Below, piece by piece: positions 14,507 to 25,420 of a stretch of DNA of 64,000 nucleotides. Each line of letters starts with the position of its first letter. Position 1 is the first letter of the stretch. Location: positions 115,880,001-115,944,000 of the forward strand of contig NC_086108.1 of the NCBI RefSeq assembly GCF_963921235.1. Reading direction: 5' to 3'. The notes under the pieces are model-generated. The model was given only the letters and a program-made list of their open reading frames with translations. It did no database searches and had not been told where the DNA came from. Both the position numbers and the translations under genes were made by a program. The DNA is from Mobula hypostoma. Taxonomy: Eukaryota.

Positions 14507-15243
14507 AATGCCCCTCTCCTCAAATAACAACAGAAAATGAATACCAAACCTTTCTCGCCTCGCCCGTTTCCACCTAAGCCCGTTGAGCCGAAGCCCTTAA
14601 GTCTTCGCTCTGCTCCAGGCTCACTCCACCGCCCGCAAACTACGCTGCCCGCTGTATGAGGCTCTGTTCCTTTTAAATCTGCCACCCTGCACTGCCCGAC
14701 GTCACACGCCTGCGCAGTCCCGCCTCTCTGAACGCCGTTGGAGAAAAAAAAAATGAAAATTTCAAAAATGTCTTCCTCCGCACTCCTGCTCCGAACTCAG
14801 ACTTCCTTCTTCTTCTTCAGACCCCAGCCTGCAAGCGTCAAGACCAAGACCCCAGCCTCAAGCCTCAATGCCCAAGACCGCAGACTCAAGCATCAAGACT
14901 CAAGACCCCAGCGTGCAGCCCCCAGCCTCTAGACCCCAGCCATGTCCTGTCCTGTAGTCATGTTATGTCCTTGCCTGGTTCTGGGGCCTGAGCCCGAGGC
15001 AGGACCCAGGTTCTGAGTCCTTGTCCAGTCTCTGGCTTGGAGCCCAAGCCCAGGCTCCTATTGCATAGTTCCTTGTCCGGGTTCCCTGTCTTGTCCATGT
15101 CCCAGCCCAGGTCTGCATTCTTGTCCCTGTTCCTTGTCTGTATCTTGTCATGTCCCTACTCTAGTCAAGTCCTGTTCCTCGTACTCCAGTGTCTGTGTCT
15201 TACATTTGGGTCCATTCTTAATGCCCCCCATTGGGACAGTGGC

Positions 15244-16566
15244 TGGGAAAGTGCTGGAATCTGTTATTAAGGATGCAGTTTCAAGGTATTTGGAGACCAA
15301 TAATAAAATAAGTTAAAGTCAGCATGGTTTCTGTATAAGGAAATCTTGTCTTCGATGAAGTACCACGTAAAGTGGACAGAGGAGAGGTAGTGGATGTCAT
15401 TAATTTGGATTTTCAGAAGGCATTTGATAAAGTGCCACACATGAGGCTACTTAACAATATAAAATCCTATGGTATTACAAGAAAAATACTAAATGGATAG
15501 AGGAATGGCTGACAGGCAGGAGGCAGTGTGTGGGAATGAAAGGAGCCTTTTCTGCCCATGACTAGTGGTGTTCCTTGGGGAGCAGTATTGGGACTGCTGC
15601 TTTTCACATTGTTTGTCAATGATTTAGATAATGGAATTGATAGTTGTGTGGCAAAGTTTACGGATGATGCAAAGATAGGTGGAGGGGTAGGTAGTGCTGA
15701 GGAAGCAACGCGATTGCAGCAGGACTTAGACAAATTAGAAGAATGGGCAAAAAAGAAGTGGCAGATGGAATACAGTGTTGGGAAATGTGTAACAATGTAT
15801 TTTGGTAAAAGAAATATTATGTGGACTATTATCTAAAAGGGAAGAAGGTTCAAACATCAGAGGTGCAGAAGAATTTAGGAGTTCTCATGTAATTCATAGG
15901 TTGAGTCTGTGGTAAAGAAGGCAAATGTAAAGTTGGCATTTCTTTCAAGGGGAATATAATATAAAAGCAAGGAGATAATGCTGAGCCTTTATAAGACACC
16001 GGTCGGGCCACACTTGGAATATTCTCAATAGTTTTGGGCCCATATCTCAGAAAGGATGTATTGTCATTGGAGAGAGTCCAGAGGAGGTTCACAAGGATGA
16101 TTCTGGGAATGAGGGGGTTAACATATGAGGAGCGTTTGGCAGCTTTAGGCCTGTACTCACTGGAATTTTGAAGAATGTGGGGGGATCACATTGAAACCTA
16201 CCGAATGTTGAAAGGACTAGATGGGCTGGATGTGGAGAGGTTGTTTCCTATGGTGGGGGGTATCCAGAACTAGAGGGCACAGTTTCAAAACTGAGTGGCA
16301 ACCTTTTAGAACAGAGGTAAGGAGGAATTTTTCTTAGCCAGAGAGTAGTAAATCTGTGGAATGCTCTGCCACAGACAGCAGTGGAGGCCGAGTCCGTGGG
16401 TATATTTAAGCAGAAGTCGATCGTTTCCTGATCGCTCAGGACATCAAAGGATATGGCGAGACAGCAGGTGTATGAGTGGAATCCTAGATCAGCCATGATG
16501 GAATGGTGAAGCAGACTGGATGGTCTGAATGGCCTAATTCTCCTCCTATGTCTTGTGGTCTTATGG
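15244..16566 (+). mobile_element. CR1 LINE, right part (continuation of 8580-9716) with 3' tail
   Basis: Resumes with GKVLESVIKD directly after the TSD; VAKFTDD motif; ends TCTTGTGGTCTTATGG. Confidence 0.92.
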
Positions 16567-17099
16567 CCGGATGGCTTAATTCTACTCCTATGTCCCCTCT
16601 AAGTCTCTCACTTTCCATCTGAACTTCTGCTTGGGACATGACTGGGATGAGGAGATCTTTCCTGTGGCCTGCACTAGTGATGATGTGGAAGGAGTGAAGC
16701 CTCTGGACTGGGTCTGAGTAGCCTTAGGTGATATTCAGTGCAGTTTTAACAAATGAGAGTTGTTCTCATTCAAACAAGGCATTGTTAGAGCGTCAACAGG
16801 TTGGGGGTTCTCCCTGCGACTGAGGAATCTGGGGCAGGGTCTCGGGGTGATGGGTAGGACAGAGGAGGTGAGACATGCAGTATCTGTGTTTAAAGTAGGG
16901 TAGAGCTGTGGAATTCCTTACACTGCAGGTATGTAGATCCCAGGATATTCAGGTATCTACGGAGAGAGATCAGCCATGTGGCGATTATCAGCCATGATCT
17001 GAAGGCAGGGCGGGCTCGAGGGGCTGAACAGTCTGCTGCCAGTGATGTCTGCATTGTGGAAAGCAGCACACCATATTGATATGCACAGTGACATACCAA

Positions 17100-17142
17100 C
17101 ATCACACACACAGTGACACAAACACTCACACCGATACACACC

Positions 17143-17198
<56 letters not shown>

Positions 17199-17362
17199 GG
17201 CATAACTACTCACAGTGAAGGTCTCTCTCACACACACTGGCACATATAATTACACACACGTACATTCACATGGCGAAGGCGGACGCAGTAACACACAGTA
17301 CAATACACACACAGTCATGCAGACACTCACAGACACACTGACACACAGTCATGCAGAAACAC

Positions 17363-17444
<82 letters not shown>

Positions 17445-17490
17445 CCAAAGCCCACACACACAAATATTAACACACACTTACACACACAGA
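17100..17490. repeat. (CA)n microsatellite cluster
   Basis: Long pure CA runs at ~17144-17196 and ~17360-17440. Confidence 0.95.
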
Positions 17491-18301
17491 CTTGCCGTGA
17501 CACTCACAGGCACAGTAATCTGTCAGAGAAACGGACTTATTATTCCATGAATAAAGATGACCGTCTCGCTGTCTGAACCTTCTGCAAACTCTCCGAAGCA
17601 GCTCATCCATCCCGGGAAATATTCATGAGGATCAGATCCGAGCTCCAGAAAGTCCACATCAGGCAGAGATTCTCACTTCCAATATCCTCTCTAAACATAT
17701 TTGCTTCTGTGATGAGCAGCTTCAAATGTCACTCCAGTCAGTCTCTGTGCTGCCGTCTCGGTGTTGTGCTGAGCGGGGGAGGCACCCTGGCGAAACAATC
17801 CCCACCCCCACCCCGTTCAGATCTTGTCGTGTCCCTTGGGTGGTCTGAACCCCCCAAACTCCAGTAGCCGACCGGAGACAGGGATGGAGCAGGTGGGGAG
17901 GGCCATCCTCCAGGAGGTGTGGAGTTCAGGTAATCACCCAGCACCCAGGCCATTCAGCCCGTCGAGACTGGGAACACCCAGGCCACTCAGCCCATTGAGC
18001 CTGTAATGTCCTTTTCTAAGAGTCTTTGATTAGTCTCCTCATTTTGTTAATAGTCAGACTTATCCATCATGGATCAGGCCCATTCCCCACCACTTCTCTG
18101 CTGTCTGTCTACACCAACCCACTCCCCACTACTTGGTCTATACCCCTTTCTGCCTTAGTGATTGAAGTGCTCATCTAGATACTTGTTCAGTATTATGAGG
18201 GTCTCTGCCCCTACCTTCCAGAAGTTCCAGACTACAACCTCTCTAGGGAAAATATTTCCATCTTAGATCAGCTCTTAATCTCCTTTACATCACATTAAAA
18301 T

Positions 18302-18862
18302 TATATGTAGTGGGTACATTATTTGCTTCCTCCTGTAACTAATAAAGTGGTCACTGAGTGTATGTTCGTGGTCTTCTGTGCTGTAGCCCATCTACTTCAA
18401 GGTTGGACATGTTGTACATTCAGAGATGCTCTCCTGCACACTAACACATGGTTATTTGAGTAACTACCACCTCCTGTCAGCTTGAACCAATCTGGCCATT
18501 CTCCTCTCACCCTCTTGTTATGAACGCATTTTCACCCACAGAATAGCCGCTCACTGGCTGTTCCTTTTGTTATTTTTCATACCATTCTCTGTAAACTGCG
18601 GCGACTGCTATGTGTGAATATCCAAGGAGATCAGCAGTTTCTGAGAGACTAAAATCATCAGGTCTTGCACCAACATTCATTCCACAGTCAGTCACTTTGA
18701 TCGTATTTCATCCCCATTCTGATGTTTGATCTGAAAACTGAACCTCTTGATTAGTTCTGCATGCTTTTATCCATTGAGTTGCTGCCACATGATTGGCTCA
18801 TTAGATATTTGCATTAATGAATATGTGTACAGCTATACCTAATGAAGTTGACACTATGTGTA
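18302..18862. mobile_element. Non-autonomous Tc1-type element, degenerate
   Basis: TIR-like CTAATAAAGTGGTCACTGAGTGTA (~18339-18362) and decayed CCTAATGAAGTTGACACTATGTGTA (~18838-18862); no ORF. Confidence 0.6.
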
Positions 18863-18914
18863 AATCCCTCCTTAGCTAAGAGGAATGTTTCCCATTATCC
18901 ATACCCATCATGAC

Positions 18915-19677
18915 TTATCTAAATGGAGTCAAGTTAGGAAAAGGGGAAGCACAATGAGATCTAGGTGTTCTTGTACATCAGTCACTGAAAGCAAGCGTGC
19001 AAGTACAGCAGGCGGTGAAGAAAGCTAATGGCATGCTGGCCTTCATAACAAGGGGAATTGAGTATAACAGCAAAGACGTCCTTCTGCAGCTGTACAGGGC
19101 CCTGGTGAGACCACACCTGGAGAACTGTGTGCAGATCTGGTCTCCAAATTTGAGGAAGGACATTCTTGCTATTGAGGGAGTGCAGCATAGGTTCACGAGG
19201 TTAATTCCCGGGATGGTGGGACTGTCATATGTTGAAAGATTGGAGCGACTGGGCTTGTATACTCTGGAATTTAGAAGGCTGAGAGGGGATCTTATTGAAA
19301 CATATAAGATTATTAAGGGATTGGACACGCTGGAGGCAGGAATCATGTTCCCGCTGATGGGTGAGTCCAGAACCAGAGGCCACAGTTTAAGAATAAGGGG
19401 TAGGCCATTTAGAACGGAGTTGAGGAAAAACTTTTTCACCCAGAGAGTGGTGGATATATGGAATGCTCTGTCCCAGAAGGCTGTGGAGGCCAAGTCTCTG
19501 GATGCTTTCAAGAAAGAGATGGATAGCGCTCTTAAAGATAGCGGAATCAAAGGTTATGGGGATAAGGCAGGAACTGGATACTGATTGTGGATGATCAGCC
19601 ATGATCACATTGAATGGCGGTGCTGGCTCGAGGGGCCAAATGGCCTACTCCTGCACCTATTGTCTATTGTCTATTGA
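18915..19677 (+). mobile_element. CR1 3' fragment, well preserved
   Basis: 195-aa ORF 18997-19584 (LVRPHLE, RRLRGDLIETYK, FFTQRVV); tail (CTATTGT)n. Confidence 0.93.
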
Positions 19678-19829
19678 CTTTGTATAGCTCTATCAAATTC
19701 AGATTGATCTCAGAGTTGGATTCAGATGTATTTATCACATGCACATTGAAACATACAGTGGAATGTGTAATCTGCATGAACAACTAACACAGTGGAGGAT
19801 GTGCTGACCCCAAATGTGCAAGCAACCTT

Positions 19830-20240
19830 TCTCAAGTATGTAAAAAATAAAAGAGAGATGAGAGTGGATATAGGACCGCTAGAAATGAGGCCAGAGAAAT
19901 AATAACAAGGGACAAGAAGATAGCAGATGAACTAAATGAGTATTTTGCATCAGTCTTCACCGTAGAAGACACCAGCACTGTGCCAGATGTTGTAGTCTGG
20001 AAAGGAAGAGAAGTGGGTGCTGTTACTATTACAAGGGAGAGGTGCTCAAAAAGCTGAAAGACCTGAAGGTACATAAGTCATCTGAATCAGATGAACTCCA
20101 CTCTTGGGTGCTGAAAGAGGTAGCGTTGGAGATTGTGATGGCATTAGCAAAGATCTTTCAAAAATCATTGGACTCTGGCTTGGTACCAGAGGACAAGAAA
20201 ATTGCAAATGTCACTCCACTCTTTAAGAAAGGAGGAAGGC
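19830..20240 (+). mobile_element. CR1 ORF2 internal fragment
   Basis: YFASVFTVED and KIANVTPLFKKG remnants. Confidence 0.85.
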
Positions 20241-20264
20241 AATTGATAGCTATGACTTCTGAGC

Positions 20265-23200
20265 AGGTGGTTACACCCAGAGAGCAGAATTAAGTAAGTA
20301 GATGGATGAACACTGAGAGAGTGAAAGGGGAAGGAAGTCAGTGTAGGGTTCCCTTGTGGCCATTCCACTCAGCAACATGTATATCCCTTTGGATACTGCT
20401 GAGGGGGATGACTTATCTGGGCAAGGCAGCAGCAGCCAGACCCATACACTGTGTTCAGCTCTGAGCCCCAGACACGTAGGGTGAATGGTGAAGTCAGGCG
20501 GAACAGTAGTCATAGGACACTGAGGGGGACAGATAGGAGATTCGGTGGTAGCAAAAGAGATGCCAAGATAGTGTGTTGCCTCCTGGGTACTAGGGTCCAC
20601 GATGTTTCTGAGCAGTTGCAGAATATTCTTGAAGGGGAGCGTGAGCAGCTGGAGGTCGTGGTACATGTTGGTACCGATGGCATAGGCAGGAGACGGGTGG
20701 AGGTTCTGTGCAGTAACTTTAGGGTATTAGGAAGGAGGATGAAGAGCAGGACCTCCAAGGTGGAAATCTCCAAATTATTCCTGGTGCAATGAGCTGGGGA
20801 AGGTCAGAACAGGAAGAAAGTGCAGAGGAATGAGTGGCTGAGGAAATGGTGCAGGGGACTGGGTTTCAAATTCTTGGATCATTTGAACCTATTCTGGGGA
20901 AGGGGTGAACTGTACAATTGGGACAGTTTACACCTGAACTGGCAACGAACTAACATCTTGGGAGGGAAGTTTGCAAAAGCTATCAGGGAGGATTTAAACT
21001 AGATTTGCAGGGGGGTGAGAACTGAAGTGAAGAGGCAAAGGATAGGGTGGTTGGCACCCAAGTACAGACAGGTTGTGGGGAGGATAGATGGATGATAGAG
21101 CAAAGAAGCACTCAGCCAGATGGTTTGAGATGTGTTGACTTTAATGCAAGGACTATCAGAAACAAGATGGACGAACTTAAAGCGTGGATCAATACATGGA
21201 ACTACGACGTTGTGGCCATTACAGAGACTTGGATATCTCAGCAGCAGAAATGCTTCAAAAAGGACAAGGAGGGACCAGAGAGATGAGGGCATGGCATTGC
21301 TAATGAGGGATAGTATCACAGCTCATGGCATTGCTAATCAGGGATAGTGTCAAGGCTGTAGAAAAGGAGCAAGTCGTGGAAGGATTGTCTGCTGAGTCAG
21401 TGTGGGTGAAAGTCTGAAACAGGTTGGGGGCATTAACTCTACTGGGTGTTTTTATAGACCTCCCAATAGTAACAGAAACAGTGAGGAGCAAATAGGGAGG
21501 TAGATTCTGGAACGGTGCAATAATAATAGGGTTGTTGTGATGGATGATTTTAGCTTTCCTAACAGAGTATTGTGTTCAGTTTTGGTCACCAAATTACAGG
21601 AAGGATATAAATAAGCTTGAAAGAGTGCAGAGAAGGTTTACAAGGATGTTGCCGGGACTTGAGAAACTCAGTTACAAGGAAAGGTTGAATAGGTTAGGAC
21701 TTTATTCCCTGGAGCGTAGAAGAATGAGGGGAGATTTGATAGAGGTATATAAAATTATGATGGGTATAGATAGAGTGAATGTAAGCAGGCTTTTTCCACT
21801 GAGGCAAGGGGAGAAAAAAACCAGAGGACATGGGTTAAGGGTGAGGGGGGATAAGTTTAAAGGGAACATTGGGGGGGGGGCTTCTTCACACAGAGAATGG
21901 TGGGAGTATGGAATGAGCTGCCAGACGAGGTGGTAAATGCGGGTTCTTTTTTAACATTTAAGAATAAATTGGACAGATACATAGATGGGAGGTGTATGGA
22001 GGGATATGGTCCGTGTGCAGGTCAGTGGGACTAGGCAGAAAATAGTTCGGCACAGCCAAGAAAGGCCAAAGGGCCTGTTTCTGTGCTGTAGTTTTTCTAT
22101 GGTTTCTATTGACTGGGATCTCCTCAGAGCAAGGGGTTTAGATGGGGCGGAGTTTGTTTGGTGTGTTCAGGAAGGTTTCCTGATGCAATATGTAAATAAC
22201 CCAACCAGAGGAGAGGCTGTACTTGATCTGGTATTGGAAACCATCTGGAAATGAACCTGGTCAGGTGTCAGACCTCTTGGTGGAGAGCATTTTGGAGGTA
22301 GTGCCCACAAATCTATCTCCTTTACCATTGCACTGGAAAGGGATAGGAGCAGATAATTTGGGAAAATATTTAATTGGGGTAGGGGGAAATATGATGCTAT
22401 TAGGCAGAAACATGGAAGCATAAACTGGGAGCAGATACTGTCAGGGAAATACACGGCAGAAATGTGGCAAATATTCAGGAAACAATTACATGACGTTTTA
22501 CATAGGTCTGTTCCATTGAGGCAAGGAAAGGGTAAAATAACTATGCTGTACAAAGGATGTAGAACATCTAGTTGAAAAGAAAAGCTTATGAAAGGTTCAA
22601 GAAAATAGGTACTTTATACATTTCTACTTTCTATTTTATACTTTCTACTTTGGACTGTTAGAGCTGTAGAAAATTACAAGGTTGCCAGGAAGGAATTTAA
22701 GAATGAAATTAGAAAAGCTAGAAGGGGCTATGAGAAGGCCTTGGTGAGCAGGATTAAAAAAAACTGCAAGGTATTCTACATATATGTGAAGAGCAAGAGG
22801 ATGAGCCATGTGAGACTAGGACCAATCAGGTGTTATAATGGAACCGTGCGCATGGAGTCGGAGGAGGTAGTGGGAGTGCTTAATGAATACATTGCTTCGG
22901 TGCTCACCAGGGAAAAGGACCTTGTCCATTGTGCAGATGACTGACAGTGGACTGAAATGTTTGTGCATATAGACATTAAGAAAGAGATGCGCTGAAGCTT
23001 TTGAAAAGCATTAAGTTGGATAAGTCACCGGGACCGGTTGAGATATACCCCAGGCTACTGTGAGAAGCGATGCAGGAGATTGCCGTGCTTCTGGCAATAA
23101 TCTTTGTATCATCAATAGGGACAGGAGAAGTACCAGAGGATTGGAGGGTTGCAAATGTTGTTCCCTTGTTCATGAAAGGGAGTAGAGATAAGCCAGTAAA

Positions 23201-24557
23201 TTACTTAAGTAGTGGACAAGATATTGGAGAAGATCCTGAGAGGCAGGATATATGAGCATTCGGAGAGACATAATCTGATTAGGGATGGTCAGCATGACTT
23301 TGTCAAGGACAGGTCATGCCTTACAAGCCTAATTGAATTCTTTGAGGAAGTAACAAACACATTGATGAAGGTAGAGCAGTGGATGTAGTGTATATGGATT
23401 TCAGTAAGGCATTTGATAAGGTTCCCAATGCAAGGCTCATTCAGAAAGTAAGGAGGCATGGGATCCAAGGAGACCTCACTTTGTGGATCCAGAATTGGCT
23501 TGCCCACAGAAGGCAAAGGATGGTTGTAAATGGTTCATATTCTGCATGGAGGTCGGTGAGTAGTGGTGTTCTGCAGCAAATAATTCTGGGAACCACCCTC
23601 TTTGTGATTTTTATAAATGACCTGGATGAAAAAATAGATGGGTGGGTTAGTAAGAAGATTAGGGATGTTGTGGATAGTCTGGAAGGTTTTAGAGGTTACA
23701 GGGGAACATTGATAAGATGCAGAACTGAGCTGAGAAGTGGCAGATGGAGTTCAACCCAGATAAGTGTGAAGTGGTTCATTTTTGAAGGTCAAATTTGAAG
23801 ACAGAATATAATATTAATGGTAAGACTCTTGGTAGGGTGGAGGATCAGAGAGATCTTGGGGTCCATGTCCATAGGACACTCAAAGCTGCTGCACAGGTTG
23901 ACAGAGTTGTTAAAAGGTATGTGGTGTGTTGGCCTTCATCAACCCCATGGGATTGAATTCAAGAGCCATGAGGTAACGTTGCAGCTATATAAGATCTTAG
24001 ATGGACCCCACTTGGAGTACTATGTTCAGTTCTGGTCACCTCACCACAGGAAGGATGTAGATACTATAAAAAGACTGCAGAGGAGTTTTACAAGGATGTT
24101 GCCTGGATTTGGGAGCATACCTTATGAGACTAGGTTGAGTGAACTTGGCCTTTTCTCCTTGGAGCGACGGAGGATGAGAGGTGACTTGATAGAGGTGTAT
24201 AAGATGATGAGAGGCATTGATCATGTGGATAGTCAGAGGCTTTTTCCCAGGGCTGAACTGGCTAACATGAGGGAGAATAGTTTTAAGGTGCTTGGAAGTA
24301 AGTACAGAGGGGATGTCAGGGGTAAGTTTTTCACACAGAGTGGTGGGTGCATGGAATGGGCTGCCAGCGACGGTGGTAGAGGTGGATAAAATAGGGTCAT
24401 TTAAGACATTCTTAGATAAGTACATGGAGCTTAGAAAAATAGAGGGCTATATGGCAGGGAAAATCTGGGCAGTTTCTAGAGTAGGTTACATGGTCATCAG
24501 CGCAACGATGTGGGCCAAGGGGTCTGTAGTATGCTGTAGATTTCTATGTTCTATGTT
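20265..24557 (+). mobile_element. Decayed near-full CR1 LINE of a second family (ORF1 esterase part + ORF2)
   Basis: VVHVGTDGI, NARTIRNK, AITETW, YMDFSKAFDKVP, RRRMRGDLIEVYK; tail (TTCTATG)n. Confidence 0.9.
21562..22108 (+). mobile_element. CR1 3' fragment nested in the 20265-24557 element
   Basis: Interrupts the host FPN|IDWD coding sequence; EYCVQFWSP...; ends TTTCTATGGTTTCTAT. Confidence 0.88.
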
Positions 24558-25369
24558 TACTGCAGCAGGCCCTGAAAGGCTTGTGAATGTAGAGGGTAAA
24601 ATGAATGCAGCAAGATGCAGGGAAATCCTGGAGGAAAACCTGACGCAGTCTGCAAGAGAACTGTAATTTGGGTGAAGATTTGTTTTCCAGCAACAATGAC
24701 CCCAAGCATATAGTCAAAGCTACACAGGAGTGGCTTAAAAACAACAAAGTTAATACCCTGGACTGGCCAAGTCAGAGCCTATCCCTCAATCCAATTGAGA
24801 GTTTCTGGCTGAACTTGAAAAGGGCTGTTCAGTCACTAGCTCCATGCAACCTGAAAGAGCTTGAGCAGTTTTGTAAAGAAGAATGGGGAAAAATTGCAGT
24901 GTCCAGATGTGCAAAGCTGCTAGAGACCTATCTACACAGACTCAGGGCTGTAATTGCTGTCAAAGGTGCATCTACGAAATACTGACTTGAACGGGGTGAG
25001 TTGTTATGCAATTGATAGTTTCGTGTTAAATAATTGTAATAAATATCAACCAATTTGTAGAAATTTGTTTACACTTTTACATGAAAGAGACATTTTTGGT
25101 GATCAGTGTTAAAAAAAAGCCAGATTAATTCTACTGTGATTCAGTGTTGTAAAACAATAAAGCATGTAGGTTCTTCATTCGCCAGGGCATCAAAGGGTAT
25201 GGGGAGAAGGCAGGGGTGTGGGGATGACTGGAAGAATTGGATCAGCCCATGATTGAATGGCCGAGAGACTCGATGGGCCGAATGGCCTATTTCTGCTCCT
25301 ATATCTTATGGTCTTATTGTCTTAAATAAACTTCAGGAGTGGGGAGTGAATGCTTTTTATAAGCAATGA
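24558..25369 (+). mobile_element. Tc1 transposon 3' half (transposase C-terminus + TIR), with a CR1 3' tail inserted at ~25167-25323
   Basis: GKMNAA..EIL, NNDPKH, WPSQSLSLNPIE, KGASTKY-stop; AT-rich TIR remnant follows. Confidence 0.9.
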
Positions 25370-25420
25370 TTATCTGTAGGGATATTACGGACAGATATGC
25401 AGGGACACTGATGACATATA
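25370..25420. repeat. Orphan ~2 units of the 23-bp satellite
   Basis: GGACAGATATGCAGGGACACTGATGACATATA matches the consensus of the 30.3-46.4 kb array. Confidence 0.85.

Larger units (their letters stand above)
10465..14818 (-). mobile_element. Apparently full-length CR1 LINE (~4.35 kb)
   Basis: CpG-rich 5' UTR, ORF1, ORF2, 3' hairpin GGGCCGAATGGCCT and (TTTCTATG)n tail; AGAC present at both junctions (10461-10464, 14819-14822). Confidence 0.95.
9950..15238 (+). mobile_element. 3' part of an LTR-A family LTR, split by a CR1 at 10465-14818
   Basis: 9950-10464 and 14819-15238 match the reverse complement of the solo LTR at 51977-56325 and of 29401-30322; ends ...GGGACA followed by TSD GTGGC. 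Confidence 0.9.
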
